DNA of 64,000 nucleotides, taken from positions 620,001 through 684,000 of the forward strand of contig BQFW01000004.1 of assembly GCA_020891255.1 (NCBI GenBank), read 5' to 3'. The stretch is from Entomortierella parvispora E1425. Taxonomy: Eukaryota > Fungi > Mortierellomycota. Position 1 is the first letter of the stretch. Every line of letters begins with the position of its first letter. Made by a program: the position numbers and the translations under genes. The notes below the pieces were generated by a model, which was not told where the DNA came from, did not search any database, and was given only the letters and a program-made list of their open reading frames with translations. Shown in pieces: positions 24,943-36,632 of this stretch.

Positions 24943-25464
24943 AGACTCTACTCTTTTATCTTTTGCTCCCAACCACCTACTACCAAGACCCATTATCATT
25001 TTCATCTCATCCATCATGAAGTTGTAATAAAATTCATACTCTTTTTGCATTCAAAAAAAGCGCCTCACGTAAAAAAATGAAATCGAAGCAAAGCCACCCA
25101 AACGCGTCCAGGGCACGAAATCTCTTTTTCTTTGTTGCCTCCCTCCATTTCATTTGTCCCCATCTCTCGGAAAAGAATCAGGATTGTGCCACCCTATTCG
25201 CAGGAACAGCAAAAGCACAAGCAGGAGAACAAGGACGTAAAGCTTGGCGGTCGGTCGTCATCAACATCGTTATCCATTTCAGTCTTTTTTTTTTGGAACA
25301 AATCATTTTAACTCCCCCTTGTGGCTGCAATCAACTTCCTCTCCACTCATCAGTTAAACTTGAGCCGAAAAGGAAGTCATACCCCCCTGTCCCTCAGACG
25401 TCCTCCAGGCAACAACCCTACATCAAGAGCTTCACAATATACGTCGCTCCATAGAGAACAACAA

Positions 25465-26711
25465 ATGACCTCAAGATCAACCATGGTGCCCCAAGGGCTT
25501 TCAACACCTAGTCGAACGATCAAAAGGGCACGCTATGAACTAGACTCGCCGCCTACGCTGCAGCAACAACCGCAGCAGCAAGCACAGGGACATTCCAGCA
25601 GTGAAGAAGGAGGAGTGGAAAGTCAGCATGAGACGAGCGGTCAGTCCTCAAAGACCCGTCCTGTGGGAGAGGGCGACAACAATGGAGGAGATAAACAAAA
25701 TGGATCCAAGGAGAAGTCGACGTCGAGGAATGAGAAAACATCAGCCGCCTCAAACGTAAACGCCTCCACATCTGTTAGTGATCGTCGTCAGTCAGCAGCG
25801 GCAGCAGCAGTGGTAGACTTGGCGCTGCAAACCGAATTGGAAGAAGTCAGGAAGCTGAACAGGGCCTTTGAGGCGGTGGATGTCAGCATGAGCGATACTA
25901 GGGACAAGCTGAAGGTATTGAAGACCTTTCAAAGATATTGCCCAAGACTAGGTATTTCGATCGAGGAGAGTATAGGATATTCACCAGGCTTCTTTTTTTT
26001 CAATATCATATTATCTGTAGACTTTTTTCAAGACAGCAGACGAGACCAACACACTGTTGGATATGTGGATCAAAGTTTTATCTCAATCAGAACATACACG
26101 GAATCTCTTGCAGGATCAAGAATGGGAGGGCCGACACTTGGTAAACTTTTTGGGACTGGGCTTCATCTAACGTTCCAGCCGGGATTTTTATTTTTTTCAC
26201 TCATGTACCTTTTTCATACTTTTCATTTTTTTTTTTTTTTTCCCTGTAGGAGGAAGCACGGGATCGAGAACGTCAGGAACGGAATGCTGCTTTCCAAAAG
26301 GCCGTGGAGGAGGCCAATCGTCAACAACCAACCGCGACAAAATCGGGAGGAGCATCAAGCAGATTGGCACACAGTAATCACAATAATAATAATCACAGTA
26401 GCCCGTCAGCCAAGTCCAGTCCTCTCAACAGCAGCTCATCGAGTTCACAGCAGCACAGCACGCCTCTTCAGAACAGCAGCAACTCCTCTCAACAAACTGC
26501 CAGTCATAAACCATATAAAAAATCGACGTTGGCACAAGTGGCGGAGGCACATGCCCATGCCTCAGCGATTGCGGCGAATAGGAAGCGAGCCTTGGCAGCA
26601 GCTGCCGCTTCTGGGTCGAATCAAGGATCTGGATCTGGATCTGGATCTGCTGGCGGGTCTCGGTCCAATGGGTCGACTCTGGCACAAGCAAGGACACAAA
26701 ACGGCCGATAG
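25465..26711 (+). CDS. DUO1: DASH/Dam1 complex subunit Duo1-like
   Basis: Exons 25465-25914, 26021-26140, 26250-26711. The spliced core LQTELEEVRKLNRAFE..KTADETNTLLDMWIKVLSQSEHTRNLLQDQEWEG matches the Duo1 domain pattern. Confidence 0.8.
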
Positions 26712-27218
26712 AAGGGAGTAATAAAATCAAAAAAGCATCCAAGTGGAGCATGCACTGAGAAGAGAGGAGAGGAGAAAAGACAAGAAAAAAGACGAAAGTC
26801 AACCCTCTTGTTTTCAGAAATAGACCAACAAAAAGGAGAGCGCTCAGCTCTCGTGGGGTTCATTTCTCTTGTTGCACGCATGGAAGGCAAGGGACTGCTG
26901 TCTGTCTGCGTGTCTTCCCCAAGGAAGCGAACAAGGTGCGAACAGGGCACCGCATCTTGCCCCATGTTCTTTCGTCATTCCCTCTCTTCCATCCCCTCCT
27001 TCCATCCTTCCTTCCCTCCTCTTCCTATTCTCGCTCATTACCATTCCTCCACTTCTGCATCTAACCTTCCCGTCTCTATCTATTACGCGCAGTCAATTAC
27101 ATTCACGGCCTTCACCTGACTCTGCTCCCTCCCACTTACTCTTCATTCTACTCTTCTCCAACGCGTCACTGTCGCGGTTCCACCTTCTTCCTCAAAGTTC
27201 CAATCACCTCGCCAGTCT

Positions 27219-29661
27219 ATGCGATCCCTTCGGGTTTCCATTCCAGAGGCTGCCTCTAGTGGAGGGACCATCACCTTCAAGATTCTTGTTGCCCCATCCT
27301 CACACGATTCCGTAAGACCGTCTTTGATTCCCGTTCTTGCACCAACTGCATTCCATACAACCTAACCAGAACAAGGGAACCCCCTTTTATGTCATTTATA
27401 GCCCTACCCAGTGTTCAGGACATTTCCTCAGGTTCGCTGGCTGCACCAAAAGTTACAGAGTACCTTTGTCGATTATGTGATCCCACCTTTACCGGATGCG
27501 TTGAGCGACAAACTATCAGAGGATGTGGACCAGGTTGAGCAAAAGCGGATCCAGATTGAACGGTTCCTGCAGCGGATATGTCTCCGGTCCGAGTTTGCCA
27601 CCAGCGAGGCCGTTCTTTGGTTTGTTGGGACAGAAATGGTTTGTGCCTCTTTTTTTTGTTTTATTGACTCGTGATGCGTTAGGGGAAGAAGACTTTCCCC
27701 CAGACAAAAAGAGCAAAAAAGTCCTCATTTCTTTTTTTTACTTGTCTCTTTCTTTAGACCCACCTTGATTCCGTGGATCCAAAGAGGACGGGACTAGGAT
27801 TCTTGCGATTCGATAATATCATCAAGCCCAGCTATGATCGAGGATTGAGAATGTATCGTCCTACGGAAAATGTGGAGGAGGTATAACAAACACCAGTTTT
27901 AAGCAGAAAGAAGCCCTGCTTGTTGCGTAGTGCATTGATGTCATATGTGCTGACTTCCGTCAATTTTTTTTTTTTGTTCACGCTGAATTCGTAGAATGAT
28001 CAAGGCGAATTTCAGAGGAGACAGGCTTATCTATTGTCGATGGAACAATCGTTCACTGGACTCTTGGATTCAGGACTACGACTGACCAAGGAGCGAGAAA
28101 GTAAGCGGGAGCGGAAATCTAGAAGGAAGAGGATGCGGCTGTCGGGATGCTTTTTTGTTGTTGTTGTACCAGAAGGGAGACAAAAACAGGTTTTTTTTTT
28201 TCTAATTTTTCCTCTGTTGAAACTAAGCCTTTCCATTTCTCCTTTTACAGAACTTGGGGAGACATATTCACAATTGGGCGATGCTACCATGGAAGTTTTG
28301 AGTAGTAAGTATCGTCTAGGAGATGGGCAGAGGATTGATAACCGGGAGCGTCACCAGGCCCTGGATCAGGAGATGCAGCTGTTTGGAGTGCTTACGGATG
28401 ATCTACGTCTCTCCATGAGACGGCAAGCCAAGACTGAAACCTTTCAGCTTATGGATATGGTCCAGGAATACAGGAGCATGCTTCAAGGGCTGAAGGTAAG
28501 CAAATCTTTGTGCGCCACTCTTCAGCCTTTTGTTCCCCGATCTAACCTAACCTTTCGTAACCTTATCAGGATGTCATGAATTCAAGAACAGATCGGTTAT
28601 CGGACTATGTTGCAGCCACAAAACGAGTTGGGAAACGACAAACCCAGTTGGAACAAGCAATTCAAAAGGCTGCGGCATCAATCCCAGGGGCTTCAGCAGC
28701 GGATGGAGTCGACAAGGCCAAGATTGGACTGGAATCTGCAAATGAGAAACTCGAGTTAGCGCGACAAGAGTTCAATACGAGTCAGGAAGTCGTTACTCGA
28801 GAGCTAATACGGTACGAGAAAGACAAGGCCAAGGAGTGGCAGGCGACTGTTCAGGACTATGCTGGCAGGCAATTGGCCCACGAGAAGGAAAAGCTGGATG
28901 CGTTAGAAAAAGTTTGGGAGAGTATTCAGGAGCTCCGAGTCGAGACTGGCGGTTCAAGCGGTGCACCGAGGAAGGCTGCTGATCTAGGAGTGTCTGGTCA
29001 AGGGCTGGAGGCGACGGCGGGAGGGGATGGCAGTGGACGCTCTCGATCGTATTGGCCTTCTGGACTTGGATCACCTTTTGGACCAGATTTGACAAAGGCC
29101 GATGTAACAGATGAGCCAGCGGACAGCTCATCCTATGCGAGGACCAAACCGACTCCTGCAATCGCGCCCAATCCTGCTGCTGCCGCTGCTGCTGCCGCCG
29201 AGGACTCTCGTGAACGATTACCACATAATGCAGGACATAGCGGAAGCGGTTATAACAGCGGCTACAATTCGGGATACAATAGTGGCTATAACAGCGGATA
29301 CAATAGCGGCACAGATCAGGATGAGGGTATAAACCGATCCAACCCCAACTACTTTCCAGCGGCCAAGCTTAGTCGATCCGGAAGCGGTGCTGCTCGGAAA
29401 GGTGCTCCTACTGGTGCGACTCCCGCAACTGTGTCCAGGAAAGACTCATTGGCGGGCATGGCGACTGCGGCTGCTTCCACCGCCTCACAATCCGCTATTG
29501 AGGCCAGACGTCCGTCTAATAGCGCGGCAGGCCCATTGTCAACCAGCCCTCCACTACCTGTGGAATCACCACTAAAGTCTGATGTCCTTGCTACAGAACA
29601 AGAAGATAAGAACAAGGATGGATACGACCCTCTCATGGTTCAGCCAGGGTTTACAGACTGA
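27219..29661 (+). CDS. Sorting nexin (PX + BAR domain)
   Basis: Exons 27219-27311, 27402-27638, 27758-27880, 27995-28100, 28251-28495, 28570-29661. PX motif VFRTFPQVRWLHQKL..VIPPLPD..RIQIERFLQRI, followed by a helical BAR-like region (ELIRYEKDKAKEWQ) and a low-complexity tail. Confidence 0.8.
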
Positions 29662-29768
29662 TTAATAGATCCCACATAAAACTTTTATTATATACATCTA
29701 TGACGAACAGTGGGGATGGTACAGCTGAAATGGAAACGGCGGCTTTGATTACAAAAGGAGCATTGACT

Positions 29769-31195
29769 TTAGTATGTGATACTCTTCTTCTCGACTGGAT
29801 ATTCAGTCGAGGCTTCATAGCTGTCATGCAGTGGTGGGAGGTCGTCCATCGATGGACGTCCAAGCTGACTAGCACCATCGTCGTCCAAGTCAATAAGGTT
29901 GGGTTGGTAAGGGGGAGGAGCGACGTTGTTGCTGCTGATCAAGACTTGCTGGTGTTGGGTCTGCTTGACAAACTCAGGCCTCGGCGAAGTGATCCTGACC
30001 TCCACTGATATAAGAATGGCAAAAACGACAACGGTTATTAAAAATAAAAGATGATCAAAAAGTGTTCTCCATCCACAAATATCTCCAGAACCACTTACTC
30101 TCGACTCTCAGCTCCTTGGCGTCCTTGGGATCCGTCGACCCACTCGGACGAACCATCATAATGAGCTTTAGACAATGGGTCTTGTTCAAGGCTTTGCTCT
30201 CCAGATCCGCGGCCAACTGTCTTGCCCCCGGTAATTCGACCATCACTATCCTTTCGAATCCATGGTTGGAGTGGGTAGGGTTCCAAGCTTCTGCCTCGTT
30301 TTGTGGGTTGTTCATGATGGGCAAGATAAAGACTGTTTTCTTGTGCTTGCGCTTGCTGGTGTACAGCCTGTTGGGTTCCATCAAGATTGTGTATTGCTTC
30401 ATCTTGACCATGGCACTGTCAATTATCAAGCTCTGACCTCGGAAGGATGAACTTTCAGTAAAAGCCCCAATCTGGACTTTTAACGGTACAATCTGTCCCT
30501 GATACAAAAGATCCGAGGGCAACATGCAAGTGACTGGCAAGACATCCTGCCAGAGCGTCCTGTAGATCCTTGGCTCCATCCTAAGAATCTGGCTTTCTGT
30601 CAATGTCGAGGAATAGACCCAGACACATTGTTTGATGGCCATGTTCCGTCGTGGAAAGTCCCGTGCGAGATGGGCCTTGAACCGATAATGGAACCAACCG
30701 TTCTTTCCCTCGAGCGTGGGTGGCAAACTGGGCTCGAGTTCAACCTGAAATTCATACCGGGTCACGCCTGCGGCAATCGGGATCTTTTTGTCAGAAGCAG
30801 AAGAGGAGGATGCCACGCGGTTGAGAGGAACATCCCAGGATTTCTCTTGGAGAATCGACAGGCCGTGGTAACTGACGGTTGTCTGGCCATAGTGTTCTAT
30901 GGAGAAGGGTTGTTAGTCTCTCCCTCTATCTCTGCTTCCTCGCTCCGTTCTGATATGTTTTTTTTTTTCTGTTGTTCATACCTGTCCACTTTGATTCTGC
31001 ACGAGCTTGAAAGTTGAGGGTGATATCATGACCATGCAATTCTTTGATCGTCCGGAACTCAACATAGCCTGTGATGACGGCGGGTGCCTCCGGGGTGGAA
31101 TAGTAGACAGGCTGGCCTTCTGGACCACGTTCCTGACTATGAAAATAGATTGCGATCGACTTTTCGTTGTCCTTGTTGAAATCTAGGATGGCCAT
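29769..31195 (-). CDS. Alpha-arrestin (arrestin-N/C domains, PPxY motif)
   Basis: Exons 31195-30982, 30896-30099, 30004-29769. Motifs ITGYVEF, ITLNFQARAESKWTE, RYEFQVELEPSLPPT, YRFKAHLAR, THCLKLIM, and C-terminal PPPY. Confidence 0.85.
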
Positions 31196-31779
31196 TTTTG
31201 TTTGAGAGGAAAGGTAGGGGACAGGGCGAGTGCTTTGAGTTGTGTTTTGTTTGTTTCTTTTTTTTCTTGTTGTTCTTCTTTTCTGGATGACAGGCAAAAG
31301 GGTTTGGAAAAAGGTCAAGAGGGAGCAGCTGCAGATCCAGCTCTTTCCTTTTAAACCTTTTAGGAGAGATGCGCAAATTTACCCAGACCCCAAAGTCGAC
31401 GGCGTTTGCAGTGACAAAAAAACGGCGCTCTGATTCCATCGACTTTTTCCATCCAAAGAGAATTGGAGGAGGGATGAACCATAGGAAATTTTTTTAATCG
31501 CTCGTCATGTCTGTGATCGGTTTTACGTCAAGACAATAAAAAATAAGCATTTGCATCTGCGTGGCACAGACGCACTGCCACTGTTACTCTCACTGGTCTA
31601 TTTTTCCCGAGGAAGCAAAAAGGCCCACCAAGCCAGACAATGATGCAACAGCCCGCAGACAAAAAGGAAACATAAGGCACGTATCGACCTTCTTCTTGCA
31701 TTCATACAATGAATTGGCATCAATTGAAGAAAGAGAGAGTGGGTTTATTGGCATGGCGCGCATATGGCCATGTTCTTCC

Positions 31780-33282
31780 TCAACTTCCTACATATTCGCC
31801 GTCATTCTTGCATGCACAATCTGCACCTCTTGCTGATCCAGTCGGCGAAGCCGAGGCTCAGTCGTGGGTGCGGCAGTAGCGGGAGGAGTGTGCAATAGTA
31901 AAGGCCAGGGGAAGAGCACGAAGATTGAATGATGTTTATTGGTATGAAGTCTGGGGTATTTGTACTAAAGGTTGTGAGGTGTTTGTGGTGGTGGCAGTGG
32001 TGGCAATGGTGGCAGTGGTCGTAGCCGACCATTTGTTTTGTGGCTTTGCTGTGAGTGAAGGCGCTGAGAGTGGTATCTGGTGGGCGGTAACTGGTGGATC
32101 GGTAGTAGGATTGGAGGAAGGCTGGGGAGCAGCTATAGGAGGCACCACTAGGCTCGGCGTAGTGGCTGAAGGCTGAGGGGCCACCGTTGTCCCTCTGGCA
32201 CTGGGGCATCTCCATCGCATTTAGCTTGGCCATCACGAACCCCATTCACACAAGTCTCAGTGCAGGTGGCATTGATATTGGGAGGGTACCCGATCTTGTC
32301 GCAACTATACAGGACCTTGGGATCAAGACCACAGGCAAAGAGTCGGTCCGCACAGAAGAACCCAGGTTGGACACAGAGCCCAGCCCATGTATCATTATTT
32401 CCGCCATAATGAGGAAGTGGAACTGTGTCTGGCTTGTGGGCCTGTCTACAATGCGAACGTTTCTTAAGATGGTGGTGGCGTTTACGAAGACGGGCCGAGT
32501 CCTCCTCGAGACTCTCGGCATCAGCACCCTCTACGCCCACATCCTCTTCATCAGCCTCATCATTGCTATCCTCCATATCCTCTTCATCAGCCTCATCATT
32601 GCCATCCTCCATGTCATCTTCATCGTCACCGCCTTCATACCCATCTTCAGCAGAAGAAGCATCGTTCAAGACGATGGGACAAATGGGGGGAGGTTTCTCG
32701 TAGCAAACTCCGTGCATGTTGACATATCGGGGTTCCCCAATGACTTTGCAGTTGGGCTTCTTTCCATTGTTCTGTCCCGAAAATTCTGGGGAATATTCAG
32801 CCTTCACCCCTGTACCATCCATGATGATTGGGGGGAGAATGTCTACTGGGCAGAGAATACGCTCCAACACGACATGATCGCACACCAATTCCACCGCGGA
32901 GCCTATGGATAGATTGCCCTTCTGGTCAGGAACGCAGATTCATCTGAGATATAGGGGCACTCAAAATTCTTTGGAAGCTCATCTTACAGAAATATTTTGG
33001 TTTTTTGTGGTGATGATGTCTACCATGATTCCAAGCTGCTTTTTCTTCGCCTGCCTTGTCGGCAGGTGCGTGATGGCTATGGTCCTTGGCGTGCTTCTCT
33101 GCCTGGAGTTGGTTACCCGAATTCTGGTGGTGGTGATTTTGCTCAACAGCATTTGCATGCGGATGATGCTGTTGTTGTTGCTGTCTGTGTTGATGAGGGT
33201 CATGCGCTTGCGCTTGCAAGGCACCAAGGCAAATCGCCGCTACCAAAGTCAAGCCTGCAAACCTTGGCGATTGGAGTTTCAT
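31780..33282 (-). CDS. Secreted His-rich / Cys-rich / mucin-like protein; 3' part frameshifted in this sequence
   Basis: Signal-like N-terminus MKLQSPRFAGLTLVAAICLGALQAQA. Exon 33282-32988, intron 32987-32903, then an ORF with Cys modules (CVQPGFFCADRLFACGLDPKVLYSC) and an acidic tract. Thr/Pro-rich and further Cys segments (CSSPGLYYC, CACKNDGEY) continue in other frames below ~32205. Confidence 0.6.
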
Positions 33283-33595
33283 ATCGTCTACAAGGGAGAG
33301 TCAGGTCGTTTTGACAGCAAAAACAAAATACAGGAAAGTGAGACTGGAGAGAAAGCAAGCAGAGGGAGAATGGGAGGAGGAGAAAAGAGTGCACGTCGTA
33401 ATGGCAGCTCTACATATACCTTTCTCTCGTTTCCCCATTTTGGTTCGCAATCATTCTCAAGAACTTGGGAATTTTAATTTCTTTCAGGACTAGAAAAGGA
33501 GGTGACCCTCTCTTCCCCTTTATTCTTTTTCTTATTGTTGTTGTTTGTTGTTGTTCTTGTTGTTGTTGTTCTTGTTGTTGTTGTTCTTTTGTCGT

Positions 33596-36500
33596 TTAGT
33601 GGGCAACCCCTGCTCCCACGAGTGCTTCGCGACTTTGCCAAAAGTGCTCTCGGTGTGACTGGATAGGATCTCGATTGGGCTGAGCAAGGAGAATGTGAGA
33701 GGGATTTGGATCAGTACTGCAGCTGCCACTGCCAGCAGATGACGACTTGATGGCGAGGTTGTCGACATTACAACCATTAGTGGTAGTTGCTGTTTTTGCT
33801 GAATTAAGCGTGGAAGGATACTGGCTCTTGGATGGTTGCTTTTGTTGCTGCCTATGACTGGCACTGTATTGTCCAAAGTGTTGTTGGACACGAGGATCCT
33901 TTTGGATTTCCATCTCTTGGAAAGACAGTGCCATCTTTTGGTAGTGCTCTTGTTGCTCCAACTGCAGCAATTCTTGACTCTTTCGGAATTGCGTACTGCT
34001 GCCCCCATAGACAGAGGTCGGTAGGACCGAAGTGGTCGATGCTGACGGACTCCACTCGGATGTGGGGCAACCTTCCTTCTCCCCATCAGATAACTGCGTC
34101 TTGTTGCCATTGTAGTTGGTCTGATTTCGGGTTCTTGCATTGATCTGCAAGAACCGAACCAAGATTACAGTAAACAAGTGGTTCTCAGCTCTGGCTCCTT
34201 CCTCGGCACTGATACGATCGCTATGGATTGAGCATCTTCGTGATCCGCCGGCCATTTGCTCCAGAATCTTTTGATCAAAAACTGTAGAGAACAAGGCCGG
34301 GGCCACTTGTTGAACCAACCGATTGAGCGTCAATCGGTTCAACATTTGGTATTCTAGCACCTCTGCGCACAGATGCAGGACCTCCAGGAGGATGACTCGA
34401 TTCATGGCTGGTAGTGCATCCAGGAACATTTGCAAATCAAAGTGCTCTCTGGACCACGTCAAGACGGAGGACGAAGGGGCCCGAGGGGAGGACTGGCCGT
34501 TGAGGACGGGCAGTGCTGGGATGATGGGCAAAGATGCACCAAGGGTATCAAAAGTTGACAGAGGCACGGGTGCCGACAGCGGAAGCGATGGCGTCGATCG
34601 AGCTCCACCTGAAGAGTTGGATCTATCCAAGAGTGGTGGCAGAGAAGGGGGTGCTGTTGAGGCCCGCTTGGGGGGGAGTTGTGGTGCGTTGCCTTGTTGG
34701 AAATAATATTCCATGATGGCATACGGCACGACGGGATTCGACATTTGTGAGAGCAAGTTCAACATTAGACTGGCAACAGTGTCGATCCTCAGACACTCGG
34801 TCGTATACAGATCAGAGCGGACTTGATCCGTCATGAGCGAGATCATGGCCGAGATGACCTTCTTGGGCGAGGGATTCAAAAAGATGTTGGGATGACCAAG
34901 TCCTACGGAGAGAAGATGGTTTGTTAACAAGGGCACAAGAGAGCAACCTATGGTGGTCGCACAAAAGAGCAATTACGCGTTATTGCGCGTCCATGAATTC
35001 CAATGGTGGATCTAGTTTTACCTCGACGACGGATCTCATCCGCACACTGGATGACGGCTCTGTACACAAACTCGGCGCGGAGGCGCTTGCCACTCGATGG
35101 CACTAATACACCCGGATGTGAAATTGAGGGGAGGGAAAGAGAAGTCGATTAGTGTCATTCCCACAACAAACGTAGGATCATTGGATGAGGTCCAAGGGGC
35201 GCTCGGAGGTTAACCATGGTGCCTTGCATACTGAAAAACATCAAACCGGTTCCCCTGTTTATCAGTTACAGCCAAATCCCATGGGGCCATGGAGATCATA
35301 CCAGAGCCCACATAGCGTCATCCTGTGGCAATCCAACAAACACTTACCAAATACTCCAGACGTCTCCAAATCGACCATCATTTCGTTCTTGGCTCCAATG
35401 CCTCCCCTTCCAGCCCATCGACCAGATCTGGATAGCTGTGGAGATGAAGACAGAGGCAGCTGTTGATCGCTCTGCAACAACATGTTGGACAAGGACTTCC
35501 GTCGAGATTTCTTGTCCCCCGTGGTCTGTGAGACGCCTAACAAAACAGAACTATCGAGACTAGCGCGCTTAAGACTGTTGCTATTCTTGCTGTTCTGGTT
35601 GCTGGACAGTGCGGTTGAGATTAAGACGGGCGAAAGAGAGGTGGCGGAGGTTGGGGGGAACGGCGGCTGTGGCGGCAAGACGGCGGAAGGATGGCGTCGA
35701 TGGGAGGGTTGATAGTCTCGGGGAAGATGTGATGTTGACATTTCCTGGAGCATGGGCATTGACCGCGATTTTGGGTGGAAGAGGACAGTGAGCGAGTTCA
35801 CAGAAGCTCGCTTCATCTTTTTTTTCTCTGTATCCATGTGCAGCGGTTCAGGCTGTTGCTGATGTTCTGTACCAGAAGAAGACGCTGAAGGTAGGGTGGA
35901 AGAACGAATGGGAAGTGAAGCGCGGTTGACGCCTTTGCTATTGCTGCTGTTGTTGTTCGAGGTTGACAATGAACCAGTGGAGATGGGAGACAGAGCTGAA
36001 TGCCCTGGTTGTTGTGGATGCTGATGTTGGCGTGGTGGTTGAAAATTCTGGTTGGGCTCGAGAGAAGAAGACTGGGGAGGATGGCTGTTTTTATGGATGT
36101 TGTTGCTGTTGCTGGTATTGGCATTGGCATTGGCATTGGAGCTGTGGATGCTTTGGCGATAATGTGAGTCGGACAGAGATCCAGGAGGCGGAATAAGCAA
36201 ACTATCACTTCCTGGGTCTCCAGAGGATTTACTCCTGCGGTCGGCAACAGAGGGTACGGCAGCAGCTGCAGGGTTACTGAAATGTTGCTTGCTCAAGACT
36301 TCGGGGCTTTGTAGCCACGAGGGTTCAGAGGAAGACATGCTCAAAGGAGAGAAATCCGATAAAGAGGGGGGCAAGGACAATGAGGATGCCGAGGAAAGCG
36401 TAGGCGTTGCAGAGTGAGATGACTTTGATGATTTGGATGAGGAGGTCGATGCATCGCTGTAGTGGCCCGAAGTGCTGTATCGATTCAGCTCCTCTGCCAT

Positions 36501-36632
36501 CGCCGTTGTCTTTTTGTCACCATCGCTGTTCACAAGAGTGGAGCTACGGCGTTTGCCAGACTCGAGCGAGTTGTTAGAGGGAGGCGGACTCCTGCCTTTG
36601 ATGGTAGTGAGGCGTCGGAGAAAGGAGGGCAT
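33596..36632 (-). CDS. RhoGAP-domain-like protein with long Ser-rich N-terminus
   Basis: Exons 36632-35348, ~35254-35172, 35102-35022, 34902-33596. Segments GVFG, CADEIRRRGLGHPNIF, HTVASL-like DTVASLMLNLLSQMSNPVVP, LPAMNRVILLEVLHLC, NRLTLNRLVQQVAPALF. One base is missing at the G-run at the exon 2 acceptor (~35252-35255) for the frame to be kept. Confidence 0.72.

Noticed and set aside
32200-35255. Programmed frameshifting in the secreted-protein gene (~32207) and RhoGAP-like gene (~35253)
   Set aside because: Both shifts fall at short C/G homopolymers missing one base, which is the typical long-read consensus error. No slippery heptamer plus pseudoknot was seen.
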